Below, piece by piece: positions 40,875 through 54,709 of a stretch of 64,000 nucleotides of DNA. This DNA comes from Dendrobates tinctorius. Taxonomy: Eukaryota. The stretch spans positions 558,001 through 622,000 of the forward strand of contig NW_027361753.1 of NCBI RefSeq assembly GCF_039654945.1. The letters run 5' to 3'. Numbering within the stretch: position 1 is the first letter of the stretch; every line of letters begins with the position of its first letter. The position numbers and the translations under genes are program-made. The notes under the pieces were generated by a model that made no database searches, had not been told where the DNA came from, and saw nothing but the letters and a program-made list of their open reading frames with translations.

Positions 40875-43255
40875 GCATGGGAGATTTCAACTATCCAGAC
40901 ATTTGTTGGGAATCTCTCTCAGGCAAAACTAACAGGTCAAGGAAATTCTTATCCTCTCTTGCTGACAACTTTATCTTCCAAAAGGTAGGGGAGAAAACAA
41001 GGGGAACTGCTACCTTGGATCTAATCCTTATAAACAGGGAGGAAATGGCTGAGGAGGTAAAAGTGGCTGGGACCCTAGGAGGTAGCGACCATGCTATTTT
41101 AGAATTTTGGATAACTAGAGGAGGAAGACCTGTGAAGACTCAGACGTCAAGGTTAGATTTCAGAAAGGCAGATTTTAAGGGATTCAGAAAGAGAATTGGA
41201 GGGATCCAATGGCTGGATATCCTTAAGAACAAAAATGTCCAGGAAGGATGGGAAATCTTGAAAAATGAAATTATCAAAGCACAATTGTTAACAATTCCAA
41301 AAAGAGGGAAGAATAGGAAGCATTTAAGGAAACCAGGATGGATGAACACAGAACTTAAGCACATGCTAAAGAGGAAGAAAAAAATGTTTATAAAATGGAA
41401 AGAGGGAGGCATATCTAAAGAAGAATATAATGCTGTCTGCAGAACTTGCAGGGCACAAATCAGATTTTCTAAAGCTGACAATGAATTGAGGCTTGCAAGA
41501 GACGTCAAAAGCAATAATAAAGGATTTGGGGGATATGTCAAAAGTAAAAGAAAAGTCAAAGATGCTATAGGATTTTTACAGGATGAAAATGATGAAATGG
41601 AAAGACAGGATTTTGAGAAGGCCGAACTTTTAAATTCCTATCTGTTTTCTCTCAGAAAGGAAATGTAACATCAACTGTTCTTCACTGTCCTATTAAGGGA
41701 ATAGAAGAAGCCAGGATATCAATAAACAGAAATATAGTGAGGAAACACTTAGCTAACCTAAATGAATTCAAGTCTCCAGGTCCAGATGAATTACACCCCA
41801 GAGTATTGAAGGAGATAGCAGAAGAAATTTTTGAAACGCTCTCCATAATCTTTGAAAATTTGTGGAGAACAGGAGAAGTCCCAGAAGACAGGAGAAGAGC
41901 AAATGTTGTTCCTATCTTCAAAAAGGGGAAGAAGGTGAACCCAGGCAACTATAGGCCGGTGAGTCTGACTTCTATACCAGGAAAGATCTTTGAACAAATT
42001 ATTAAACATGTATGTTAGTACCTGGATAAGAATGAAGTGATTAAACAGAGTCAGCATGGGTTTGTAACTAATAAGTCATGTCAGACTAACTTAATTTCCT
42101 TCTATGACAGAATCACTGATTGGGTGGATCAGGGAAATGCTGTAGATATAGTATATCTTGACTTCAGCAAAGCATTTGACAAAGTATCTTACACAATCCT
42201 TATTGAAAAAATGACTAAGTATGGAATGGACAAGGCAACTGTTAGGTGGATTCATAACTGGCTTAGTGATTGGACCCAAAGAGTGGTCGTAAATGGCTGC
42301 ACATCCAGTTGGAAGAATGTCTCAAGTGGGGTACCACAGGGCTCTGTCCTGGGCCCTGTATTGTTCAACATCTTTATCAACGATTTAGATGAAGGAATTG
42401 AGGGTAAACTGATTAAATTTGCTGAAGACACAAAGCTAGGAGGGATACCTAATACTAGAGAAGAGAGAGAGAAGATTCAAAAAGATATAAATAAACTGGA
42501 GCAGTGGGCAGCAACTGGGAATATCTGGGCAATAAAAATGAAAAAAAGCATATACAGAATGGGAGGAATAGGGCTAAGCAACAGCACATGTGAAAAAGAC
42601 TTGGGTATACTAATAGATCACAGACTGTATATGAGTCAACAGTGTTATGCAGCAGCAAAAAAGGCAAATGCAATTCTAGGATGTATTAACAGAAGCATAC
42701 AGTCTAGATCACGTGAAGTCAAAATTGCCCTCTACTCCTCTTTGGTCAGACCTCATCTGGAATACTATGTCCAGTTTTGGGCACCACATATTAAAAAAGA
42801 CATCAACAAACTGGAGCAAGTTCAGAAAAGAGCAACCAGAATGGTGACCGGTCTGCAAACCATGTCCTATGAGGAATGGTTACAGGATTTGGGAATGTTT
42901 AGCTTGCAAAAAAGAAGACTGAGAGGAGACTTAATAGCTGTCTACAAATATCTCAAGGGCTGTCACATTGCAGAAGGATCATCTTTATTCTCATTTGCAC
43001 AAGGAAAGACTAAGCAATGGATGAAACTGAATGGGAGGAGACAGATTAGATATTAGAAAAAAGTTTTTGACAGAGTGATCAATGAGTGGAACAGGCTGCC
43101 ATGAGAGGTGGTGAGTTCTCCTCCAATGGAAGTCTTCAAACAGAGGCTGGACAGACATCTGTCTGGGATGATTTAGCGAATCCTGCTTTGAGCAGGGGGT
43201 TGGACCAGATGGCCCTGGAGGTCCCTTCCAACTCTACGATTCTATGATTCTATGA
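40875..43255 (+). mobile_element. 5'-truncated CR1 LINE, ORF2 pseudogene (endonuclease C-terminus plus RT) with 3' tail
   Basis: MGDFNYPDICW, SDH, NYRPVSLTS, YLDFSKAFDKV, GVPQGSVLGP, KFAED (for FADD); stops and frameshifts; (ATTCTATG)n tail at 43239-43255. Confidence 0.96.
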
Positions 43256-43827
43256 ATGCATTACACAGGGCAGATCTTACAGATAGACAGAACACGCTGT
43301 ATTGTTACCGTATCAGTCTCCAGGAATCTACATACAAGTATGACGCCTGGAGCACTTGGACTTTTCCCAAACATAGAAGGTGTTGTCCCATAGACACAGG
43401 AGGACGACCTCAACTCAAGCAGCGATCTATGGCCTAAGGGATTTATTCTAAAATCGTGTATGATTCAGTTAACTCTTCCTGTGGGCACAAGGCCAATAAA
43501 ATGTAAAGAAACAATGAGATTATAATCTGCGTTACATACTCCTACTAAACATTTGTAACTATACTGAAGTTCTTACAAAAGTTTCAGAATTTGGAAATCC
43601 TTCATTTGGTACAAGGGTCCCATGATAAAAGTTGATATCAGGCTGTCCCCCTCCTCTAGTGATCAACTGTAATCAGTGGCGGATTTTTGCGACAGTTGTT
43701 TAATTTCCCTGCAGCACCTCCACAGGGGAAATGAGGAATTACATCATAACTGTTAAAACCAATACATGATGGGTCCTCCAAAGTTTAAGTTGCTCTTTAT
43801 AGACAGAAGAGGGTCCTGAGTGAAAGC

Positions 43828-44529
43828 TTAAAGGGGTGGTCCAAAACCAACAATGATTTTAATACTAAATCTCTATTCATTGTAATAATCTAATCTCTTT
43901 GTAATACACTTTAATTAAAAAGTCCCTATCCTTCCCTCTCTAATGTAACTGCTTTATTTTTTTCGTTCCCTACTACATGTTTGATGCTTCATTTGAGAAT
44001 TCCCAGTGCATGATGGGATACTTAAACAAGTCGTCATCAGGGGGCAGAAGCTGTAGTCATTGTCACAGTCACTGCCCCATCCTGAAATGAAGCATTATTA
44101 GAGACTAATGACTGGTTTCCTGGGCTGGGCCAGTCCTTGCTGTACTGGGCATGCATCAGTTGTCAATTCTGATGTATGCTTAGTAAGATCTTGTCACTGT
44201 ACAATATTCTTTTCTGAGCACAGTGACAGTGCGCTCCCTCTCTAGCTCTGATGAGAAGTGACGAGCCGGCAAGAGAGAGCACTGTCAGGGCACATTGCAA
44301 GGAGAGAACCTGGAGAGCAACAAGTGCAGAGGCCAACCCCACCCCCGAAAGAGGCATAACTTTCATGGGTTGGGCTTGTCCCTGATCACCACATTCTCCC
44401 TTATAATATACACTGACAGTGCACTCTCTTACTGACTCATCACTTCTTATCAGGCAGATTAGATTGTTACCATAAATAGATAGTTATTTTGGAATAAAAT
44501 CAATATTACCTTTTTTACCACCCCTTTAA
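43828..44529. mobile_element. T2/Kolobok-type MITE
   Basis: TTAAAGGGGTGGT...ACCACCCCTTTAA termini with diverged inverted arms. Confidence 0.8.
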
Positions 44530-46339
44530 TAAGTATTCCAATCCAATATCTGTCTTTATTCCTCTTCTTAGTATTTTTTTTTTGCCGGGAGCTGTAGATT
44601 AGATAAGGCTCTGTGCACATTGCACTTTTGTCCACTGTTGGACACTCAGGATGGACATCCCTGACATTGGCCACAATCTAAGTATCCGTCTAGCACAGTG
44701 CGCCCTTGCAGAAAAATGTATACTACTCGCCATATCTTTTTTTTTTTGCCTTCTCTATAGGAAAACTTTTCTGCACTTCCCTGTGCAAATGACATCCTAT
44801 GCTAGCATTTAAGCGCAAGAACACAGTATGCACTTAGACTTACTTAGCATTTTTGATAGCTACGATTTTTGTATTTGTAGCTAATCAAAAGAGGGTTATA
44901 TCTGCTATACAACAGACTGCCCCTTTAGGCTACACAGACTTGTTTCAGGTCACTCCCATTCAACAATTTGGGTGAATGAAAAAAAAAATGCAATTAACCT
45001 CTATGGTCGTGATAAATTACTGTGCAATTAGGTTTCTTGGAAAATCACTGTAAAAATACAGGTGGAAATCTGCACTGAAGCAAACAGTCCATGAAAACAG
45101 CAACAAACAGGAGATAATGACCTTCATCGAACTGAGAGTTTACAAGAGTTTGCTAAAATACTGAGATGAAATACGATCTTTAATCCCCAAGAAATAAAAC
45201 AAAGAAATTAAAAATGATCCCGGCGGCTCACGTCTGCTGCAGCAGATTATTGTTTTGTCTAATACATTATGTTCTTACAAGTCAGCAGGTCGGCCATTAT
45301 CAAGGGCGGCCCCTTTAAAATTATATTTTTACAACTAGTGAAAGCTAAATGCATCCAATTATTTTGGAAAACCATTAAAACCATAGTTGCTGAGAGCAAT
45401 GTCAGCCATATTAGTTCTCATGGGACAAATTTCTTTGTCACTAATGCCCCGATTTTTAGCTGCCTATGACAGTGAGTATACTCTCCTATCCCTCTCATTG
45501 TGTAGGTACTAAAATGCCCAATACACTTTGGGTGAAGCCAACTGCGGCAGGGTTAGCCGACCATTAAATGTGCATGGGCATGTCCTGACTGTCAGCGACA
45601 TGATCGGGCATGTGGGATTTCAATATGCCCAACCCTTTTGTTATTGGAGAAGATAAGCAGCCATCAGTGGTTTACTTCTCTGTCCCCATTGAAAATCCAT
45701 GCACATTCTGCCAAACTGAGCAAGCACGTGCATAAGGGAGAAGAATCTAGAGCATCCACACCAATGTATAGTTTATACTATTAAAAGTTGTTACAGGGGT
45801 TGAGTTAGGACGACAACTACTGTCCATATACAGTATGATGGCATATGGACATCAAGAAGGGGGATCCTCAATTTGGGGTCATTTGCTACTGGACAGAACG
45901 GAGAGCTGCTCTGCAAACCTGCAGAGTTCATGCATTTAGTTAATTTTCAGCTATGGCGTCATCTGATGAAAATAGCTACGGTAATTTCTTGAGTGAGACA
46001 TTTCCTTTAAAGAGGACCTGTCTGATCTCCCGACATGTCTGTTTTACTAAATACTTGCATTCTCCATAATATATTACTTCTGCATTGTGTTATCTATACC
46101 TTTCGTCTGTGATTCCTCCTAGAAGTGTATGAATAAATTGACAACTGGGCGTTATCAAATACGGGGAGGTGTCATAAACAATTTGACAACGTCCAATCAG
46201 TGCTGATACTACCAGACAGATTAGAAACACACTCAATAACAAGTAACAAGTGCTTTTGATATTCATATTCTGTAACTTACCATCCAATCTTAGAAATGTA
46301 CCTTCAAGTCCAGTAGAAAGGTGAAGACGTGTTTCCTCT

Positions 46340-47388
46340 TCCTGCAGAGAGATAAAGACTGACCCAATTCCTGTTGAAAGACAGACCTGCACCTATTTCC
46401 AGTAGATACTAAGATCATCCACGACTTCCTGTAGAGACAAAAACCCACCCCTACTTTCAGTAGAGAAAAAGACCCATCCAAACTTCCTGTACAGACAAAA
46501 CCCAGCCTACGTTTCCTGTAGAGAGACAAAGATCCACCCCCACATCCTGTAGAGACATAAAGACTACCCCATTTCCTGTAGAAAGACAAAAAACTCACCC
46601 TCACTTCCTGTAAAAAGACAGAAACCCACCCTCACTTCCTGTAGAGAGATAAAAACCCATCTCGACTTCCAGTAGAGAGATAAAACCCTACCTACATTTC
46701 CTGTGGAAAGGCAAAGATCCACACCCACTTCCTGTGGAGAGATAAAAACCCACCCGACTTCTTGTATGGAGACAAACCCAGCCTATATTTCCTGTACAAA
46801 GACCAAGATTTACCCACTCTTCCTGTTCAGAGACAAAACACTACACATATTTTCTGTAGAGATCTGAAGGCCCAACTTCAGTGCCTATAGAAAGATGAAG
46901 ACCCGCCCCACTTCCTGTAGACAGATTAAGACCCACCCACTTCCTTTACAGATATAAAGACCCACCCCATTTCCTGTAGAGAGATAAAGACCTGCCAAAA
47001 TGTCCTGTAGCCAGATAAAGACCAACCCCACTTCCTGTACAGAGATAAAGACCAACCCCACTTCCTGTACAGAGATAAAGACCAACCCGACTTCCTGTAC
47101 AGAGATAAAGACCAACCCCACTTCCTGTACAGAGATAAAGACCCACCCCACTTCCTGTAGACAGATAAAGACCCACCCCACTTACTGTACAGGGATAAAG
47201 AGCCACCCCACTTCTTGTACAGAGATAAAGATGTGCCCCTACTTCCTGTACAGAGATAAAGACTCGCCCCTACTTCCTGTACAGAAATAAAGACTTGCCC
47301 CTACTTCCTGTACTGAGATAAAGACCCACCACACTTCCTGTGCAGAGATAAAGATATGCCCCAACTTCCTGGACAGAGATAAAGACTT
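46340..47388. repeat. 30-31-bp minisatellite; degenerate on the left, homogeneous from ~47000
   Basis: Unit CACTTCCTGTACAGAGATAAAGACCAACCC; 10-aa period. Confidence 0.9.
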
Positions 47389-47933
47389 TATAGATAAATG
47401 AATAGCTACTGTGCTTAGAGTCACTGATATCTATTGTCTTACTCAAATGGATTTGAAGAGAAAAAAAATCAAAGTCCAGAGCACAATAAAAGAACCAGGT
47501 TTGGACAGAGAACAACAATAAGTAACACTAAAAAAGTCATATATATATATATCCCTTTGGATGCTTAATGCCAATTGTAGTGCAAGAAACCAAGATTACC
47601 TTGTAAAGCAGTAGGGGTTAACAGCCACAGAGGGGGAGGGCGGGCTCAGTCTCACAAGTGAAAGCTGATTCTGTGTTTGGAGATCCCAAAAGTCCATCTG
47701 TAAATAATAACACTCCTCCGGTGGGTTGCTGATTAAATGCTTCTTGCTTAAGAACTGCAGTAATCCTGTTAGCGATGCAACCCCGGCCGGTGGTAGCAGT
47801 CGCACTAATGGTAGGCTGGGTGGGAAAACACACTGAACTAGGTGCCTGAACTTCACACTATCCTCGTCAGCACAGGACCTGTGTGAAGTCAGAGACACGT
47901 GATGCACTGGGCTGCAGCCTAGATATTGCAATG

Positions 47934-50900
47934 AGAGATAAAGACTTGCCCCTACTTCCTGTACAGAGATAAAGACTCACCCCTACTTCCTATACAGAGA
48001 TAAAGACTCACCCCTACTTCCTGTACAGAGATAAAGACTTGCCCCTACTTCCTGTACAGAGATAAAGACTTGCTCCTACTTCCTGTACAGAGATAAAGAC
48101 TCACCCTTACTTCCTGTACAGAGATAAAGACTCATTCCTACTTCCTATACAGAGATAAAGACTCGCCCCTACTTCCTGTACAGAGATAAAGACTTGTCCC
48201 TACTTCCTGTACAGAGATAAAGACTTGCCCCTACGTCCTGTACAGAGATAAAGACTTGCCCCTACTTCCTGTACTGAGTTAAAGACTCACCGCTACTTCC
48301 TGTACAGAGATAAATACTCACCCCTACTTCCTGTACAGAGATAAAGACTCACCCATACTTCCTGTACAGAGATAAAGACTCGCCCCTACTTCCTGTACAG
48401 AGATAAAGACCCAACCCACTTCCTAAGCAGAGATAAAGATATGCCCCAACTTCCTGTACAGAGATAAAGACTTGCCCCTACTTCCTGTACAGAGATAAAG
48501 ACTCGCCCCTACTTCCTGTACAGAGATAAAGACTCGCCCCTACTTCCTGTACAGAGATAAAGACTCGCCCCTACTTCCCGTACAGAGATAAAGTCTTGCC
48601 CCTACTTCCTGTACAGAGATAAAGACTCGACCCTACTTCCTGTACAGAGATAAAGACTCGCCCCTACTTCCTGTACAGAGATAAAGACTCACCCCTACTT
48701 CCTGTACAAAGATAAAGACTCTACCCTACTTCCTGTACAGAGATAAAGACTTGCCCCTACTTCCAGTACAGAGATAAAGACTTGCCCCTACTTCCTGTAC
48801 AGAGATAAAGACTCGCCCTTCCTGTACAGAGATAAAGACTCGCCCCTACTTCCTGTACAGAGATAAAGACTCGCCCCTACTTCCCATACAGAGATAAAGA
48901 CTTGTCCCTACTTCCTGTACAGAGATAAAGACTCACCCCTACTTCCCGTACAGAGATAAAGACTTGCCCCAACTTCCTATACAGGGATAAAGACTCGACC
49001 CTACTTCCTGTACAGAGATAAAGACTCGCCCCTACTTCCTGTACAGAGATAAAGACTCGCCCCTACTTCCTGTACAGAGATAAAGACTCACCCCTACTTC
49101 CCATACAGAGATAAAGACTCGCCCCTACTTCCTGTACAGAGATAAAGACTTGCCCCTACTCCCTGTACAGAGATAAAGACTCGCCCCTACTTCCTGTACA
49201 GAGATAAAGACTCGCCCCTACTTCCCATACAGAGATAAAGACTCGCCCCTACTTCCTGTACAGAGATAAAGACTTGACCCTACTTCCTGTACAGGGATAA
49301 AGACTCAACCCTACTTCCTGTACAGAGATAAAGACTCGACCCTACTTCCTGTACAGAGATAACGACTCGCCCCTACTTCCTGTACAGAGATAAAGACTTG
49401 CCCCTACTTCCCATACAGAGATAAAGACTCGCCCCTACTTCCTGTACAGAGATAAAGACTCGCCCCTACTTCCTGTACAGAGATAAAGACTCGCCCCTAC
49501 TTCCTGTACAGAGATAAAGACTCGCCCCTACTTCCTGTACAGAGATAAAGACTTGCCCCTACTTCCTGTACAGAGATAAAGACTCATTCCTACTTCCTGT
49601 ACAGAGATAAAGACTAATTCCTACTTCCTGTACAGAGATAAAGACTCGCCCCTACTTCCTGTACAGAGATAAAGACTTGCCCCTACTTCCAGTACAGAGA
49701 TAAACACTTGCCCCTACTTCCTGTACAGAGATAAAGACTTGCCCCTACTTCCCATACAGAGATAAAGACTCGCCCCTACTTCCCGTAGAGATAAAGACTC
49801 GCCCCTACTTCCTGTACAGAGATAAAGACTTGACCCTACTTCCTGTACAGAGATGAAGACTTGCCCCTATTTCCTGTACAGAGATGAAGGCTTGCCCCTA
49901 TTTCCTGTACAGAGATAAAGACTCACCCCTACTTCCCGTACAGAGATAAAGACTTGCCCCAACTTCCTATACAGGGATAAAGACTCGACCCTACTTCCTG
50001 TACAGAGATAAAGACTCGCCCCTACTTCCTGTACAGAGATAAAGACTCGCCCCTACTTCCTGTACAGAGATAAAGACTCACCCCTACTTCCCGTACAGAG
50101 ATAAAGACTCGCCCCTACTTCCTGTACAGAGATAAAGACTTGCCCCTACTTCCTGTACAGAGATAAAGACTTGCCCCTAATTCCTGTACAGAGATAAAGA
50201 CTCGCCCCTACTTCATGTACAGAGATAAAGACTCGCCCCTACTTCCTGTATAGGGATAAAGACTCAACCCTACTTCCTGTACAGAGATAAAGACTCGACC
50301 CTACTTCCTGTACAGAGATAAAGACTCGCCCCTACTTCCTGTACAGAGATAAAGACTTGCCCCTACTTCCTGTACAGAGATAAAGACTTGCCCCTACTTC
50401 CCATACAGAGATAAAGACTCGCCCCTACTTCCCGTACAGAGATAAAGACTCGCCCCTACTTCCTGTACAGAGATAAAGACTCGCCCCTACTTCCTGTACA
50501 GAGATAAAGACTTGCCCCTACTTCCTGTACAGAGATAAAGACTCATTCCTACTTCCTGTACAGAGATAAAGACTCATTCCTACTTCCTGTACAGAGATAA
50601 AGACTCGCCCCTACTTCCTGTATAGAGATAAAGACTTGCCCCTACTTCCAGTACAGAGATAAAGACTTGCCCCTACTTCCTGTACAGAGATAAAGACTCG
50701 CCCCTACTTCCCGTACAGAGATAAAGACTCGCCCCTACTTCCTGTACAGAGATAAAGACTTGACCCTACTTCCTGTACAGAGATGAAGACTTGCCCCTAT
50801 TTCCTGTACAGAGATGAAGGCTTGCCCATATTTCCTGTACAGAGATAAAGACTTGCCCCTACTTCCTGTACAGAGATAAAGACTCACCCCTACTTCCTGT

Positions 50901-53660
50901 ACAGAGATAAAGACTTGCCCCTACTTCCTGTACAGAGATAAAAACTCGCCCCTACTTCCTGTACAGAGATAAAGACTCACCCCTACTTCCTGTACAGAGA
51001 TAAAGACTCACCCCTACTTCCCGTACAGAGATAAACACTCGCCCCTACTTCCTGTACAGAGATAAAGACTTGCCCCTACTTCCTGTACAGAGATAAAGAC
51101 TCGCCCCTACTTCCTGTACAGTGATAAAGACTCGCCCCTACTTCCTGTACAGAGATAAAGACTCGCCCCTACTTCCTGTACAGAGATAAAGACTCGCCCC
51201 TACTTCCTGTACAGAGATAAAGACTTGCCCCTACTTCCTGTACAGAGATAAAGACTCGCCCCTACTTCCTGTACAGAGATAAAGACTTGCCCCTAATTCC
51301 TGTACAGAGATAAAGACTCGCCCCTACTTCCCATACAGAGATAAAGACTCACCCCTACTTCCTGTACAGAGATAAAGACTCGCCCCTACTTCCTGTACAG
51401 AGATAAAGACTTGCCCCTACTTCCTGTACAGAGATAAAGACTCGCCCCTACTTCCTGTACAGAGATAAAGACTTGCCCCTAATTCCTGTACAGAGATAAA
51501 GACTCGCCCCTACTTCCCATACAGAGATAAAGACTCGCCCCTACTTCCTGTACAGAGATAAAGACTTGCCCCTACTTCCTGTACAGAGATAAAGACTCGC
51601 CCCTACTTACTGTACAGAGATAAAGACTTGCCCCTAATTCCTGTACAGAGATAAAGACTCGCCCCTAATTCCTGTACAGAGATAAAGACTCGCCCCTACT
51701 TCCCATACAGAGATAAAGACTCACCCCTACTTCCTGTACAGAGATAAAGACTCGCCCCTACTTCCTGTACAGAGATAAAGACTCGCCCCTACTTCCTGTA
51801 CAGAGATAAAGACTTGCCCCTACTTCCTGTACAGAGATAAAGACTTGCCCCTACTTCCTGTACAGAGATAAAGACTTGCCCCTACTTCCTGTACAGAGAT
51901 AAAGACTCTCCCCTACTTCCTGTACAGAGATAAAGACTCTCCCCTTCTTCCTGTACAGAGATAAAGACTCGCCCCTACTTCCCGTACAGAGATAAAGACT
52001 TGCCCCTACTTCCTGTACAGAGATAAAGACTCGCCCCTTCTTCCTGTACAGAGATAAAGACTCGCCCCTACTTCCTGTACAGAGATAAAGACTCGCCCCT
52101 ACTTCCTGTACAGAGATAAAGACTTGCCCCTACTTCCCATACAGAGATAAAGACTCGCCCCTACTTCCTGTACAGAGATAAAGACTCGCCCCTTCTTCCT
52201 GTACAGAGATAAAGACTCGCCCCTACTTCCCGTACAGAGATAAAGACTTGCCCCTACTTCCTGTACAGAGATAAAGACTCGCCCCTACTTCCTGTACAGA
52301 GATAAAGACTTGCCCCTACTTCCTGTACAGAGATAAAGACTCGCCCCTACTTCCCATACAGAGATAAAGACTCGCCCCTACTTCCTGTACAGAGATAAAG
52401 ACTCGCCCCTACTTCCTGTACAGAGATAAAGACTTGCCCCTACTTCCTGTACAGAGATAAAGACTTGCCCCTACTTCCTGTACAGAGATAAAGACTTGCC
52501 CCTACTTCCTGTACAGAGATAAAGACTCGCCCCTACTTCCTGTACAGAGATAAAGACTCGCCCCTTCTTCCTGTACAGAGATAAAGACTCGCCCCTACTT
52601 CCCATACAGAGATAAAGACTCGCCCCTACTTCCTGTACAGAGATAAAGACTCGCCCCTTCTTCCTGTACAGAGATAAAGACTCGCCCCTACTTCCCATAC
52701 AGAGATAAAGACTCGACCCTACTTCCTGTACAGAGATAAAGACTCGCCCCTTCTTCCTGTACAGAGATAACGACTCAACCCTACTTCCTGTACAGAGATA
52801 AAGACTCGCCCCTTCTTCCTGTACAGAGATAAAGACTCGCCCCTACTTCCTGTACAGAGATAAAGACTCGCCCCTACTTCCTGTACAGAGATAAAGACTC
52901 GCCCCTACTTCCCATACAGAGATAAAGACTCGCCCCTACTTCCTGTACAGAGATAAAGACTCGCCCCTTCTTCCTGTACAGAGATAAAGACTCGCCCCTA
53001 CTTCCCATACAGAGATAAAGACTCGCCCCTACTTCCTGTACAGAGATAAAGACTCGCCCCTTCTTCCTGTACAGAGATAAAGACTCGCCCCTACTTCCCA
53101 TACAGAGATAAAGACTCGACCCTACTTCCTGTACAGAGATAAAGACTCGCCCCTTCTTCCTGTACAGAGATAAAGACTCAACCCTACTTCCTGTACAGAG
53201 ATAAAGACTCGCCCCTTCTTCCTGTACAGAGATAAAGACTCGCCCCTACTTCCTGTACAGAGATAAAGACTCACCCCTACTTCCTGTACAGAGATAAAGA
53301 CTCGCCCCTACTTCCCATACAGAGATAAAGACTCGCCCCTACTTCCTGTACAGAGATAAAGACTCGCCCCTTCTTCCTGTACAGAGATAAAGACTCGCCC
53401 CTACTTCCTGTACAGAGATAAAGACTTGCCCCTACTTCCCATACAGAGATAAAGACTTGCCCCTACTTCCTGTACAGAGATAAAGACTCGCCCCTACTTC
53501 CTGTACAGAGATAAAGACTCGCCCCTACTTCCTGTACAGAGATAAAGACTCGCCCCTACTTCCTGTACAGAGATAAAGACTCGCCCCTACTTCCTGTACA
53601 GAGATAAAGACTCGCCCCTACTTCCTGTACAGAGATAAAGACTCGCCCCTACTTCTTGTA
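47934..53660. repeat. 31-bp satellite, ~185 copies
   Basis: Unit CTTCCTGTACAGAGATAAAGACTCGCCCCTA over 5.7 kb. Confidence 0.97.
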
Positions 53661-53818
53661 ATCTGTCTTGCTGTCATGGCTGCTAAGGATAAATTGCACA
53701 TCAGGAAGTGGAAACCTAGTCACACAGAAGGCACTTTGGAGGGATTTTACAGGCTGAAAATGTTATTTTGGATAAATTACATTTTGGGTACATTGGGTAC
53801 TTAGCTTCTCCTCTTTAA

Positions 53819-53999
53819 GGCTTATTCACACATCAGTATTTGGTCAGTATTTTGCATCAGTGTTTGTAAGCCAAAACCAGGAGTGAAATTCACATAGGAA
53901 AAATAAAATTGAAAGATTTATACCTGTTCTGTGTTTTGGAGACACTCCTGGTTTTAGCATAGAAATATTGATAAAAAATTCTGATGTGTGAATGAAGCC
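53819..53999. mobile_element. PIF/Harbinger-type MITE
   Basis: TAA TSDs; TIRs GGCTTATTCACACATCAG / CTGATGTGTGAATGAAGCC. Confidence 0.8.
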
Positions 54000-54709
54000 T
54001 AAGGTGTCAGTACTAGAAATCTATATGGCTACACATTTTTAAAAGAACTTTTTAGCTCTTGGCCTATTTGCAACTATTGTTGTAGCTTTTCCCTATGATC
54101 AAGACGATGATCACAGTCCAGTCTGAATAGTTTCCGGTGTTACACAAGCGCCATGAAAATGCAACCCGTGCGCTTTATGCTAATTATTGGATTAATTAAA
54201 CAACAACAAGAAAGAAGTCATAAAAAGAAGTGCGTGTAATTACGAGGATTGTGTGTTACCATTAGAGGAGACTTTCCTCATTCTAACGCCCCAGACCTGA
54301 GATGAGTGTCTACATGTTCATTCATTCACCAGATAATGAGGTCTTTGTCTTGGGATGAAGGCAGAATGGCTTTTCCCGAGATTATTATTTTACACGGCAT
54401 GCCAAAGAGTGGAGTGTACAAAATGCTGTCTGCTCCTAGCTAATGACAATATTACACAGCAGTATACAGTGATGACGTGTCATTGAGAAGGATACACGAT
54501 GAGGACACAAGGGAGTCATAATAATATGTCTACCGATGGGTTTATAATGTACAAGAGGTTATTATAGTCAGTAAAAAAAAAGCAAGACCAAGTGATGTGC
54601 TGCTATCCTAGTGCTGCTATAATGTTATAGCTGTGTTATTTTTGTGTAAGGACATTGGTGAGGCACCCCTTTAAATTCCTACTGCACATCCACCATCCCA
54701 TCAGGGTCG

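Noticed and set aside
47934-53660. CTG-TA-CAG palindrome in each unit resembles a Tc1 end-to-end junction
   Set aside because: Bases beyond CAG/CTG match none of the local TIRs, and older monomers read CTGTAGAG. Likely coincidental.
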